Source: an uncultured Alphaproteobacteria bacterium | Lineage (GTDB): Bacteria; Pseudomonadota; Alphaproteobacteria; RF32; CAG-239 | Assembly: GCA_944391365.1 (NCBI GenBank) | Contig: CALXTH010000099.1 | Coordinates: 1 to 29,016, forward strand | DNA length: 29,016 nt | Direction of reading: 5' to 3' | In this document: positions 17,623-26,215 of the stretch, piece by piece | Layout: every line of letters begins with the position of its first letter | Position numbering within the stretch: the first letter of the stretch is position 1 | The notes under the pieces: generated by a model | Told to the model about the DNA's origin: nothing | Databases searched by the model: none | Seen by the model: only the letters and a program-made list of their open reading frames with translations | Position numbers and translations under genes: made by a program

Positions 17623-18150
17623 TAATAAAACCTTGTAAATTTGTTGATTATTTTAATTGAGAATTTGAAATTTTATTTGGGCAATTGAAGAAAGAGCCCG
17701 TTGTTGAGTTGTTTATATGATTTAAATCGGAAAAAGTCAATTGTTTGTTTTAGAGAAAGGTTATGCACAGACTGATTTGCCCAATCATTTAAATTTTAAA
17801 ATTTATGTAGTTATTTGTGTATCCCTGTGAGTTGTGTGGATAAGTTTTGGAGCGGGGGAACAAAGGCTTGTTAATATTTTTTTAACGAATCGATGTCTAA
17901 ATTTAAAGAAATTAACAAAAAGTAAATTTTTCTGTCGAGTCAGCCCCTGTAAAGTCCTAAAATCAGAGACTCCAGAAAAAAAATTTTTAAAGCGGAAAAC
18001 GAATCTGAGCAAGGGTTGTGGGTAAGTTTGTAGAATAAATTTTACATTGTGTGGATTAATTTGTATAAATGTCTAAAAAGGAGGGGTTATACACAGTAAA
18101 TAGTCTTTTTGTGTATAAGTCGGTTAACTCTTTGTTTCTAGGATAAATTT
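17623..18150. other. oriC: Putative chromosomal replication origin (oriC)
   Basis: Consensus TTWTNCACA DnaA boxes at 17761-17769 (+), 17835-17843 (-, perfect TTATCCACA), 18087-18095 (+), 18110-18118 (-); one-mismatch boxes at 18017, 18050, 18060; AT-rich tracts near 17787-17812 and 17870-17930; rho/coaE/dnaQ/parAB context. Minus-strand genes to the right stay G-rich on the + strand in hand-counted lines (19 G/5 C at 19981-20040). Confidence 0.85.
17712..17740 (-). promoter_or_regulatory. Sigma70-type promoter for rho
   Basis: Minus strand TTGACT, 17 nt, TATAAA, about 90 nt upstream of the rho ATG. Confidence 0.6.
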
Positions 18151-18729
18151 ATGAAGCTTGTTGCGATTACCGGGTCTATCGGATGTGGAAAAACAACTTT
18201 GGCCGATGAGGTCAGGTTGCTGGGTTTTCCCGTTTATGATGCTGACGGGTGGGTGCGTCGTTTGTATCGTAAAAAAAATTTTATCCGGGTTCTTTTGGCT
18301 GCTTTTCCCGCAGTGGAGGCAAAAGGTGTTGTTGATAAGCGGAAACTGCGAAACATTGTGTTTGAGAATCCGATTGAATTAAGAAAACTGGAAGGATTAA
18401 CGCATCCGTTTTTGAAAGATAATCTGCGTTGTCTTATTCGGAAAAATGCCGGGCGGCAGGGGGTGTTTTTTTTGGATGCGGCGCTTTTGTTTGAAATGTC
18501 CTGGGATCGGTATTGCGATTATGTTATTGTTGCCGATGTGGCCTATGATATTCAGAAAAAGAGAGTTATGGAACGTGATCATATATCTGCCGAGGATTTT
18601 GAAAAAATCAACAGAGTTCAGATGAGTAATGAGTTGAAGAAGGAAAAGGCCGATATTGTGATTGATACAAACAGGCCGCGGAATGTTTTGCGTGCCGAGA
18701 TGGCTTTGCTGTGTGAGGAGTTGAGATAA
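18151..18729 (+). CDS. coaE: Dephospho-CoA kinase
   Basis: ITGSIGCGKTT, YDAD, LRNIVF, LEGLTHP, DAALLFE, ADIVIDTN. Confidence 0.92.
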   Translation: MKLVAITGSIGCGKTTLADEVRLLGFPVYDADGWVRRLYRKKNFIRVLLAAFPAVEAKGVVDKRKLRNIVFENPIELRKLEGLTHPFLKDNLRCLIRKNAGRQGVFFLDAALLFEMSWDRYCDYVIVADVAYDIQKKRVMERDHISAEDFEKINRVQMSNELKKEKADIVIDTNRPRNVLRAEMALLCEELR

Positions 18730-18732
18730 GTT

Positions 18733-19431
18733 ATGGCGAATTTAATCAGAGAAATTGTTTTTGATACGGAGACAACGGGTTTTCATCCGGAAGAGGGGGA
18801 CAAGCTTGTTGAAATCGGAGCCGTGGAGCTTATTAATCATATTCCGACCGGAGAGACTTATCATCAATATATAAATCCGGAAAGAGAGGTGCCGGAAGAT
18901 GCTTTTAAAATTCACGGATTGAGTTATGATTATTTGAAAGCTTTTCCGACGTTTAAGGAAATTGCCAAGAGCTGGGTTGATTTTGTCGGCGATGGTATTT
19001 TGGTTGCTCATAATGCTTCTTTTGATATGAAGTTTATTAATTTTGAGCTTAAAGGGCAGGGGTTTGATGAATATCCCTGGGACAGGGTTGTTGATACGCT
19101 GGAGATTGCCCGAAAAAAGTTTCCCGGTGCCAGAGTTAATCTTGATGCTTTGTGTAAACGGTTTGGTGTGGATAATACGGCGCGTACATTACACGGAGCG
19201 TTGCTTGATGCCCAGTTGTTGGCCGAGGTTTATCTGGAGTTGCTCGGCGGGCAGGAACCGACGATGCTGATGGAGGAAAAGGCCGAAGTTCATCATGCCG
19301 TTTTGGCCGATGAAACCATTGTGGAACGCAAGTTCCGGGCTCCCCGCAATTTTCCCCTGTCGGAGGAGGAAATTGCGGCTCATGAGGCTTTTATTACGGA
19401 TAAAATCAGTAATGCGCTTTGGAAAATTTAG
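18733..19431 (+). CDS. dnaQ: DNA polymerase III epsilon subunit
   Basis: Exo I FDTETTG, Exo II AHNASFD, Exo III HGALLDAQLLAEVY. Confidence 0.96.
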   Translation: MANLIREIVFDTETTGFHPEEGDKLVEIGAVELINHIPTGETYHQYINPEREVPEDAFKIHGLSYDYLKAFPTFKEIAKSWVDFVGDGILVAHNASFDMKFINFELKGQGFDEYPWDRVVDTLEIARKKFPGARVNLDALCKRFGVDNTARTLHGALLDAQLLAEVYLELLGGQEPTMLMEEKAEVHHAVLADETIVERKFRAPRNFPLSEEEIAAHEAFITDKISNALWKI

Positions 19432-19982
19432 TCACGGTGACGGCGGAGTAAAATGTACAAGGCCCCATTACCGCCTTTGTTTTCTGCCGGGTGTTTGTAT
19501 GCGAGAATCAGGGGTCTGATTTCCGCGGTGTTCAGCCAGTTGGGGACGGCATTTTTCAGGATGCCGCGGGTGGCAAAAATATCATCATCTCCCTGTTTGT
19601 TCAGGCCTTTTCCGGTTATGATCAGAATGCAGCGTTTGTGGCTGATATATGCCTGTTTGATAAAGTTTTGAACCAGATTGAAGGCTTCTTTTTCCGTTTT
19701 GCCGTGAAGATCCAGAATGGCTTCGATTTTGAATTCTTCTTTTTTGAATTTTTTGGCGGTCTTGTTATCAATACCGTCAGTGGTGTTAATTTGAAGTTCT
19801 TCATTAGATTGAGGAAGTGTGTTATAGGCAATGTGTCGGTTTGTTTCAAGATTTATAACCAGTGGCGGCATTTCCGGTTCAGGATAATCCCGGGAAAGTT
19901 TTTTGACATCTTTGACGGCTTCCTGCCATTCATTGTCGTCAAGTTCAGGCTGATTTACTTGTAGTTTCTTCAGGTTTGTCAT
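19428..19982 (-). CDS. Smr/MutS2 C-terminal domain protein
   Basis: LDLHGKT, ILIITGKG, GILKNAVPNWL, GGNGALYILLRR. Confidence 0.9.
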   Translation of the reverse strand: MTNLKKLQVNQPELDDNEWQEAVKDVKKLSRDYPEPEMPPLVINLETNRHIAYNTLPQSNEELQINTTDGIDNKTAKKFKKEEFKIEAILDLHGKTEKEAFNLVQNFIKQAYISHKRCILIITGKGLNKQGDDDIFATRGILKNAVPNWLNTAEIRPLILAYKHPAENKGGNGALYILLRRHRD

Positions 19983-20484
19983 TGGTTTTTTTGTTGGTGA
20001 ATGTTTCGGTTTTGTGGTTGTTGTTGTCGGTCATGTCGTCGGCGAAATGTTGGATAATGAATTCTTTCCAGTCGTTGTCGGGGGAAACACAGCCGTATTT
20101 TTTGTTGTTGGCGTTAACTAAAACAATGCCGCCAAAGTTCCATATGTTTTGGCAATTTTGGTAGTTTGAAGTCATATATGCTTTGGTTCTTTCAAGCAAA
20201 CGATGGCCAAGTTTTTTTTTGAAGCAGGAGGTATAAATTATCAATGCAGCGATGATAAACAGCAGGCCGAAGATGACTCCTGTTGTCATGATGAGAATCA
20301 ATCCGAGAATGATCGGTGTTAAAACCGGCAGAAGGTTTTCCCAGGGGTTGTAAACGGGAGAACCCGGTCTGTTTATTCTGCCGTAGTCAAGGTACAAAAG
20401 CAGGCGGTTGTCGGCGATTGCCCGGGTGAGCGCTTTGTAGGTCAGTTGTTCAGCTTTATTGGGTTTTTTTATTTTATTGTCCAT
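19945..20484 (-). CDS. Hypothetical membrane protein
   Basis: 179 aa, hydrophobic hairpin LLPVLTPIILGLILIMTTGVIFGLLFIIAALIIY; overlaps both neighbours on the same strand. Confidence 0.65.
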   Translation of the reverse strand: MDNKIKKPNKAEQLTYKALTRAIADNRLLLYLDYGRINRPGSPVYNPWENLLPVLTPIILGLILIMTTGVIFGLLFIIAALIIYTSCFKKKLGHRLLERTKAYMTSNYQNCQNIWNFGGIVLVNANNKKYGCVSPDNDWKEFIIQHFADDMTDNNNHKTETFTNKKTNDKPEETTSKSA

Positions 20485-21640
20485 GTGTTTTCTCCGGGAT
20501 TTTGGGCAAGAAAATGTAATAGTGTCCTGTTGCGTTCATTTTTCCGGCTTTTTCGAGGACATCGTCGGCACCGGAACCCCAAAAATAGTCGCCGCGGACG
20601 CAGCCTTTTATGGCACTGCCGATATCCTGAGCTACGACGAGTTTTTGTATTTTTTCGGAATCCGGACCGGTTGTTTCAAGCCAGAGTAATGCTCCAAGCG
20701 GGATGATTGAGCGGTCGACCGCCAGACTGCGTCCGGCATGCAGCGGAACACCATGTGCACCTATCGGACCTTCGGTATTCAGAAGACGGTGAAAAATGTA
20801 GCGATCGTTTTCGTGGTAAATTTCATCGGCTTTGTCCGGGTTGTTTTGCAGCCATTTTTTTATATGAGACATAGAGGTTTCACCCGGTTTCAGGAGGCCT
20901 TTGGAGAGGAGAATCGAGCCGATGCCTTTGAACGGGTGGCCGTTGTTGTCGGCATAGCCGATACGGACTTTGCGGCCGTCATCCAGGGTGGCAACGGCGG
21001 ATCCCTGGATTTGCATAATATTTATATCAATATTGCTGTCTCCCCAAAGAATGACCGGAGCATTGATTTTGTTTTCGGATATTTCTTTGCGGGTATAATA
21101 GGGGATGAGTTTTTGGTTTTCAATCCGGCCAACATAACGTTTGTTCGGAGCGGAAGGGTCGAAATCATGCGGATTAAATTCTATCAGGTCGAAAGGTTTG
21201 CCGTATACCGGGTATTGGTAGGGGCCGTGCCGGGTGAGCGATGCATTGAGAGCTGATTCATAATAAGAGGTGAATTTTCCATCGGTACGGCCATTGCAGC
21301 CGACAAGAAAAGGCGTGAAGTTTTGTTCAATAAACCGGCGGAATTCTGTGGTATCTTGTGGTTGATTGTTTATGAATTTCCGGCAGATGTCCTGATAAAC
21401 GGCGGTCGGAATTTTGACTGCTGCATTGGATAAGTATTGCGTTTTTTCGTTCAAGACCCGTACACAGGAATCGTTAAAAGGAGCGATAGCCAGGGATAAG
21501 TTGTCGTTTTTCCAGTTTGGCAGGTCGGCAAAAGAGACCTGTATCAAATCAACCGGTGCTTTTTTTTCCGGTTGGGCGGGGTGGTTGTCGCAGGCTGCCA
21601 AAGCCAGGCACAACAGTATGCTGGTAATTTTTTTTATCAT
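20474..21640 (-). CDS. mltA: Membrane-bound lytic murein transglycosylase MltA (lipoprotein)
   Basis: Lipobox LALAAC, FTSYYE, MQIQGS, GYADNNGHPF, SLAVD, AQDIGSAIKGCVRGDYFWG. Confidence 0.92.
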   Translation of the reverse strand: MIKKITSILLCLALAACDNHPAQPEKKAPVDLIQVSFADLPNWKNDNLSLAIAPFNDSCVRVLNEKTQYLSNAAVKIPTAVYQDICRKFINNQPQDTTEFRRFIEQNFTPFLVGCNGRTDGKFTSYYESALNASLTRHGPYQYPVYGKPFDLIEFNPHDFDPSAPNKRYVGRIENQKLIPYYTRKEISENKINAPVILWGDSNIDINIMQIQGSAVATLDDGRKVRIGYADNNGHPFKGIGSILLSKGLLKPGETSMSHIKKWLQNNPDKADEIYHENDRYIFHRLLNTEGPIGAHGVPLHAGRSLAVDRSIIPLGALLWLETTGPDSEKIQKLVVAQDIGSAIKGCVRGDYFWGSGADDVLEKAGKMNATGHYYIFLPKIPEKTHGQ

Positions 21641-22332
21641 GATTTTTTTGTTGAGGTCAGCAGCCAGTTCGGACTGGTGGAGGTTAATGCTTTTTCAAAG
21701 GTCCAGACATCAGTGATGTTTTGGATGTATTGTTCATCGCCTTCAATAATTTCGCCTTCTTTGTTTTTGAGCAGGTTGACCTGTTCGGAGATGAATTTGA
21801 CGGTGATTGAGATTATGTTTTCTTTGTTTATTTGTGCATGGGTGATTTCAGCCGAATCGAATCCTATTAGATCGGTTTCGGCCGTGATACCGTCGCTGTG
21901 GCGCTGTTCCAGAATATTTTGAAATTTTTTTATCAGGTCTTTTGAGACCAACATTTCAAGTGTTTCAGTGTCGCCTTTGCTGAATGAGGTGATAATCATT
22001 TCAAAGGCTTTTTTGGCATTGTTCAGGAATTTTTCTTTGTTGAAACCGGGGATTTGTGCCAAAACTTTGTCTGTGTCGCCGAGGGTGGTGTTGTCCGCTG
22101 TTTTTTCAACGTCAACGGCGGAAGCTTCAATAACCGGGGCAGGTGATGTGTTTTTTTCTTCAGCCGTTTTAGCTACAATCATATCAAAAATTTTGGCGGC
22201 TTTCTCTTCCGCAATTTTCTTTTCGGTTTCGGTTGGACGGGTACCGAGCAGGCTGCGCAGCTTTTGGAAAAGTAGGATGACGACAAGCAGCAGAATAATG
22301 ATATCAAGATAATGTGTCATAAGGTTCCCCAT
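21637..22332 (-). CDS. Tim44/TimA family adaptor protein
   Basis: N-terminal TM then LRSLLGTR; FNKEKFLNNAKKAFEMIITSFSKGD; ITDVWTFEK...PNWLL; canonical position upstream of mltA. Confidence 0.88.
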   Translation of the reverse strand: MGNLMTHYLDIIILLLVVILLFQKLRSLLGTRPTETEKKIAEEKAAKIFDMIVAKTAEEKNTSPAPVIEASAVDVEKTADNTTLGDTDKVLAQIPGFNKEKFLNNAKKAFEMIITSFSKGDTETLEMLVSKDLIKKFQNILEQRHSDGITAETDLIGFDSAEITHAQINKENIISITVKFISEQVNLLKNKEGEIIEGDEQYIQNITDVWTFEKALTSTSPNWLLTSTKKS

Positions 22333-22398
22333 GTTTTACAATTAAGCAATTCTTTTTATTATATAGCGTTTTTTGCTTTGATTATCAACTATAATTAT

Positions 22399-22426
22399 TT
22401 GACGCGGGCGCTTATTTGGGTATAAT
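22399..22426 (+). promoter_or_regulatory. Sigma70-type promoter for secB
   Basis: TTGACG (22399-22404), 16 nt, TATAAT (22421-22426); RBS AAGGAG at 22445-22450. Confidence 0.6.
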
Positions 22427-22457
22427 GTGCTTAAAATTTAATTTAAGGAGAAATTTT

Positions 22458-22958
22458 ATGACTGAAGAAAATAATAAAAGTGCCAATGATAATCCGGCTC
22501 AGGATAATAATACCCAGCAACAGATGCCGCCGATTGTGATTCATACGCAATATATTAAAGATTTTTCGCTGGAAATTCCGCATGCACCGGAGGTTTTCCG
22601 CAATATGAATCAGGCTCCGGCGGTTAATATCAATGTTGATGTTAACGGTAATCATATGCATGAAAACTTTTTTAATGTGGAATTGCGGATTGCGATGGAT
22701 GGTGATTTGATTGATGAAAAATTGTTTATTCTGGAGTTGAAATATGCGGCGGTTGTTTCGCTTAATGTGCCGAAAGAGCATGTGGAGCCGATTTTGCTGG
22801 TGGAAATTCCGCGGATGTTGTTTCCATTTGCGCGCAGTATTGTAACCAATGCGCTGGTTGACGGCGGGTTGCCTCCGTTTATGCTGAATCCGATTGATTT
22901 TGTGGCAATGTATCAGAATCGGCAGGGGCAGCCGCAGCGGCCGGAACAGCCGAAATAA
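22458..22958 (+). CDS. secB: Protein-export chaperone SecB
   Basis: QYIKDFSLEIPHAP, LFILELKYA, LLVEIPRMLFPFARSIV, GGLPPFMLNPIDF. ATG 22458 follows the RBS. Confidence 0.95.
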   Translation: MTEENNKSANDNPAQDNNTQQQMPPIVIHTQYIKDFSLEIPHAPEVFRNMNQAPAVNINVDVNGNHMHENFFNVELRIAMDGDLIDEKLFILELKYAAVVSLNVPKEHVEPILLVEIPRMLFPFARSIVTNALVDGGLPPFMLNPIDFVAMYQNRQGQPQRPEQPK

Positions 22959-22980
22959 ATTTTTCTTTCGGAAAGTTATG

Positions 22981-23008
22981 AAAAGAGGAGCTGGTCAGCT
23001 CCTCTTTT
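22981..23008. terminator. Bidirectional intrinsic terminator between secB and xerD
   Basis: AAAAGAGGAGCTG-GT-CAGCTCCTCTTTT perfect inverted repeat; the xerD stop codon (22995-22997) lies inside it. Confidence 0.8.
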
Positions 23009-23897
23009 GATTGTTTAACGGATGGTTTTTTAAAACGGTGTTGATGAGTTTATCGTTGATGATGTGGGTGTAGATTTCCGTTGTGGCGATGCTGGAATGT
23101 CCCAGCATTTGCTGGACGCTTCTCAGGTCGGCACCGTTGTTCAGCAGATGGGTGGCAAAAGAGTGACGCAGGGTGTGCGGCGATATTTTTGCCGGTGAAA
23201 TTCCACAACGGGCAGCGAGCTCCTTGAGGTCTTTATAGAAGGCGTCGCGGGTCAGGTGTCCGGATGAGGATCGAGAGGGGAATAGCCATTGTGAGCGGCG
23301 GCCGTTTTTGAGAAATCTGTCCCGGAGTTCAATGTATTTTGAAATATTATTTATTGTATTTGCAGCAATGGGAATCAGGCGTTCTTTGCTGCCTTTGCCG
23401 CGGATGAGAATCTGTTTTTTATCAGCATTTATGCAGTTTTCGGGAAGGGATATGAGCTCGGAAACGCGGAGGCCGCAGGCGTACATCAGTTCAGTCATGA
23501 CGGCCATGCGCTGCCAACGGATGTCGTTTGTGTTCTGAGCTGTGGAGATCAGTTTTTTTATTTCTTCGACGGTGAGGTATTTGGGCAGCGGTTTGGTTTG
23601 TTTCGGCGCAGAAAGGTTGTCTGTCGGCAGTGTTTTGATTTCTTTTTCCGTATAAAGGAATTTGAAATATTCCCGCAGGGTGGAGAGTTTTCTGGCGATG
23701 GTTTTCGGAGCGAAGTTTTGCAATGAGCCGATGAAGGTTGAAATATCTTCCGGTGTGATTGAAGCGGGCGGACGGTTGCCAGTGTATGACCAGAACTGTT
23801 CAAGGTCGCGGCGGTAGGCCTCAAGGGTGTTTTGTGCCGCGCCCCGTTCAGCCGACATCATTTCCAGAAAGTTTTCAATTAATGTGTCGGCCGACAT
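22995..23897 (-). CDS. xerD: Tyrosine recombinase XerD
   Basis: ERGAAQNTLEAYRRDL, LMYACGLRVSEL, RGKGSKERLIP, SPHTLRHSFATHLLNNGADLRSVQQMLGHSSIATTEIYTH; position beside aroK is the usual alphaproteobacterial xerD locus. Confidence 0.88.
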   Translation of the reverse strand: MSADTLIENFLEMMSAERGAAQNTLEAYRRDLEQFWSYTGNRPPASITPEDISTFIGSLQNFAPKTIARKLSTLREYFKFLYTEKEIKTLPTDNLSAPKQTKPLPKYLTVEEIKKLISTAQNTNDIRWQRMAVMTELMYACGLRVSELISLPENCINADKKQILIRGKGSKERLIPIAANTINNISKYIELRDRFLKNGRRSQWLFPSRSSSGHLTRDAFYKDLKELAARCGISPAKISPHTLRHSFATHLLNNGADLRSVQQMLGHSSIATTEIYTHIINDKLINTVLKNHPLNNQKRS

Positions 23898-24040
23898 TAT
23901 TTATCCAGAAAAGTGTTGTCCAACGGCTGTTCGACATGTTCCTGTTTTATCGGGGCTTCCTGAGCGGCAACAAACAAAATCAGTGCCAGAAAAGCAATTA
24001 GGCCGATGTATATCCATAAATTTGATTTTTTCTGTCTCAT
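23897..24040 (-). CDS. Small single-pass membrane protein (47 aa) upstream of xerD
   Basis: Manual translation MRQKKSNLWIYIGLIAFLALILFVAAQEAPIKQEHVEQPLDNTFLDK*; its TAA overlaps the xerD ATG (TAATG). Below the ORF-track cutoff. Confidence 0.7.
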   Translation of the reverse strand: MRQKKSNLWIYIGLIAFLALILFVAAQEAPIKQEHVEQPLDNTFLDK

Positions 24041-24138
24041 GTTTAAAACCTTTTTAAAAAAGTGTATTGATAAAAAAACAATCTGTTTATATATTTAGCA
24101 TAAATATTTTGAAAGAACTATTAAAAAATAATAAAACG

Positions 24139-24681
24139 ATGATAAAAAAAACAGGAAAAATCATTTTGCTGGTGGGGCTGATGGGCAGCGGCAAGACCAG
24201 TGTGGGAAAACGGCTGGCGAAAAAGCTTAATCTGCCTTTTGTGGATGGAGACCAGGAAATTGAAAAAGCGGCAGGGTTGTCGCTGATTGATGTTTTGAAA
24301 TGTTTTGGTGAAGAAGAGTACCGTGCCGGAGAAGCCCGGGTTATGAAACGTCTGTTGCAGGGAGAGCCCTGTGTGCTGGCTTCAGGCGGCGGATCTTTTG
24401 TCGCAGAGCAGACACGGCGGCTGGCTAAGGAACATGCGATTACGGTCTGGCTGAAGGCTGATGTCAATGTGTTGTACAGCCGGACGGCCGGGCGGCGGCA
24501 TCGGCCGTTTTTGGAGGGGGATGACTCTCATTTGCGCAATAAACTGGAAGAGTATATCCGGGAGGAATATCCTTATTATTCCGAGGCAGATATTGTTGTC
24601 GAAACCAAGGAAGAGGCTGTGGATAATACCGTGGCACGTGTGTTGGAGGCTCTTGACGAGGTTTGTCCGGCGAGGGGATAG
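24139..24681 (+). CDS. aroK: Shikimate kinase
   Basis: LVGLMGSGKTSVGKRLA, FVDGDQEIE, FGEEEYRAGE, GGG, RPFL. ATG 24139 preferred. Confidence 0.9.
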   Translation: MIKKTGKIILLVGLMGSGKTSVGKRLAKKLNLPFVDGDQEIEKAAGLSLIDVLKCFGEEEYRAGEARVMKRLLQGEPCVLASGGGSFVAEQTRRLAKEHAITVWLKADVNVLYSRTAGRRHRPFLEGDDSHLRNKLEEYIREEYPYYSEADIVVETKEEAVDNTVARVLEALDEVCPARG

Positions 24682-24758
24682 CGGCACTATTTTGCTGTTT
24701 GTTCTGTCGAAATTGTTTGATTGAGAATCGACAGCTTGATCATAAGTTTTGAAAATTG

Positions 24759-24784
24759 AAAAAAAAGCCCGCAGAAGCGGGCTT
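24759..24784 (-). terminator. Intrinsic terminator after the ADP-dependent kinase gene
   Basis: AAGCCCGC-AGAA-GCGGGCTT stem with an A8 tract on the left (U-tract on the minus strand). Confidence 0.75.
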
Positions 24785-24805
24785 GGGTGAGATAATCCGG
24801 ATTTT

Positions 24806-26203
24806 TTATCTTGCACCGACGAGAGAGATAGATGAAATTGTATCTCCCATGCCGACAAGGGTGACCGGTTTTTCAACCAGAATGGTCGGGATGGCAATGA
24901 TGTCATATCCTTCGATTTCTGTTATGCCGGAAGAGATAAGTTCTGGTTTATTCAGATGTTGTGCAAGATCTCTTAATTCGTTTAAACCAACATCAGAGAC
25001 AGTCTGGCCTTGTGCCCAGAGCAGATTTTCCGGGTTGTTTATGCTGCCGGTTCCGGCTTTGCCTGCGGCGACGGTGGCGGCCAGCATCATTCCGCGCAGG
25101 TTGGCTTCAGGTGAAATTTTGAAGTTTTTGTCCTGAATGGTGATATAAAGGCCGAACATGTGCAACTGAACACGCGGGGCTTTGATGTGTTTTTTGATGT
25201 TCATCAACGCTTCAAACATATTAACACTGTGAGTGTTTTCGTTGCATTTTTGGGCGAGGTTGTCAAAGTCTGTTACCTCAAGGATGTCAATGGCTTCACG
25301 TTCGTTGATACCAATCGAATCGACAATCGGGGCAATTTTTTTGATAATTGCCTTGCGAACGGCAAGATCCTGAGTGGAGGCGATTTCAAGGTGGATGAGG
25401 TCGCCGTTGTTTTTCCATTGATTGATGATGGGGATGACGTCGTCTTGTAATTTGACTCCATTGTTGCGCTCTGTCAGGGCGTGGAATCCGGAAAGGACGA
25501 TGTATTCAACCGGTTCTTCGGCCATTTGGGCGATGAAATGTTTGTCCATGACCAGATGAAGATTCAACGGGTCGTAGGTGGCAATGAAGCGGTTGGATTT
25601 CGGGCAGGTGAATGTCTGACCGCCGATGGTGACGCTTTCGCCTTTGTCAAATTCGAGCATCCAGTGAATCAGCGGAATATCAAGTTCGCGGTTAATGGTG
25701 TGTGCCGGTTTGGCTTGGCCTTGTTCATCAAAGGACAGAAGGTTGTCAAGTTCCAGGAACTGTTTGGCCTGGAGTTCCGGCAGAGAGTTGGTGTGGGCAT
25801 AAACTTTCTGCACCCCGGTAACGGCCAGAGCATTGGCGACAATTCCTCCTTGTCCGCCCATTTGTAACCGGTCGTAGCCCAGATTTTCAACCATCCAGTC
25901 ATAAACCAGTTTGTCTTCAGTCAACCATTCTTCGGCAATGCCGCGGGAAAAACAGCGGAACAGGCCTTTCAGGACATCTTCCGGGCTTTCCAGTTTTGTA
26001 TGGGTGATGTTTTGCAGATCAGCCAGAGAGAGATTCAATTTTTTTGCCAGTTCGAGAATCCGATTACCTTTGACTTTTAAAACGGCGTCGACGTTGGTAT
26101 TAAAAGCGGTGGCGACTGATTTGACGGTGGCCATTTTCTTCAGGCTTTCAGGAACTGATTTGAATTTTTCAAGCCAGATTTTTTTTAGTTCTTCGTTTGT
26201 CAT
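24806..26203 (-). CDS. ADP-dependent glucokinase/phosphofructokinase (ADP-GK/PFK family, ribokinase superfamily)
   Basis: AFNTNVDA, QMGGQGGIVANAL, NRFI, VLSGFH, HLEIAS, SIGINERE, QLH and C-terminal TLVGMGDTISS (GxGD catalytic base) follow the order seen in archaeal ADP-GK/PFK. Confidence 0.85.
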   Translation of the reverse strand: MTNEELKKIWLEKFKSVPESLKKMATVKSVATAFNTNVDAVLKVKGNRILELAKKLNLSLADLQNITHTKLESPEDVLKGLFRCFSRGIAEEWLTEDKLVYDWMVENLGYDRLQMGGQGGIVANALAVTGVQKVYAHTNSLPELQAKQFLELDNLLSFDEQGQAKPAHTINRELDIPLIHWMLEFDKGESVTIGGQTFTCPKSNRFIATYDPLNLHLVMDKHFIAQMAEEPVEYIVLSGFHALTERNNGVKLQDDVIPIINQWKNNGDLIHLEIASTQDLAVRKAIIKKIAPIVDSIGINEREAIDILEVTDFDNLAQKCNENTHSVNMFEALMNIKKHIKAPRVQLHMFGLYITIQDKNFKISPEANLRGMMLAATVAAGKAGTGSINNPENLLWAQGQTVSDVGLNELRDLAQHLNKPELISSGITEIEGYDIIAIPTILVEKPVTLVGMGDTISSISLVGAR

Positions 26204-26215
26204 TTTTTTTACCTC

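Noticed and set aside
17787-18060. DnaA-trio repeats or an IHF site in the origin
   Set aside because: Only short or imperfect triplet runs and a mismatched IHF-like 13-mer were seen; not supportable by eye.
22995-23897. xerD as a phage or island integrase marking a mobile element
   Set aside because: The sequence and its aroK-adjacent position fit chromosomal XerD; no att repeats, tRNA or cargo genes are seen, and I found no dif-like site (not expected near oriC).
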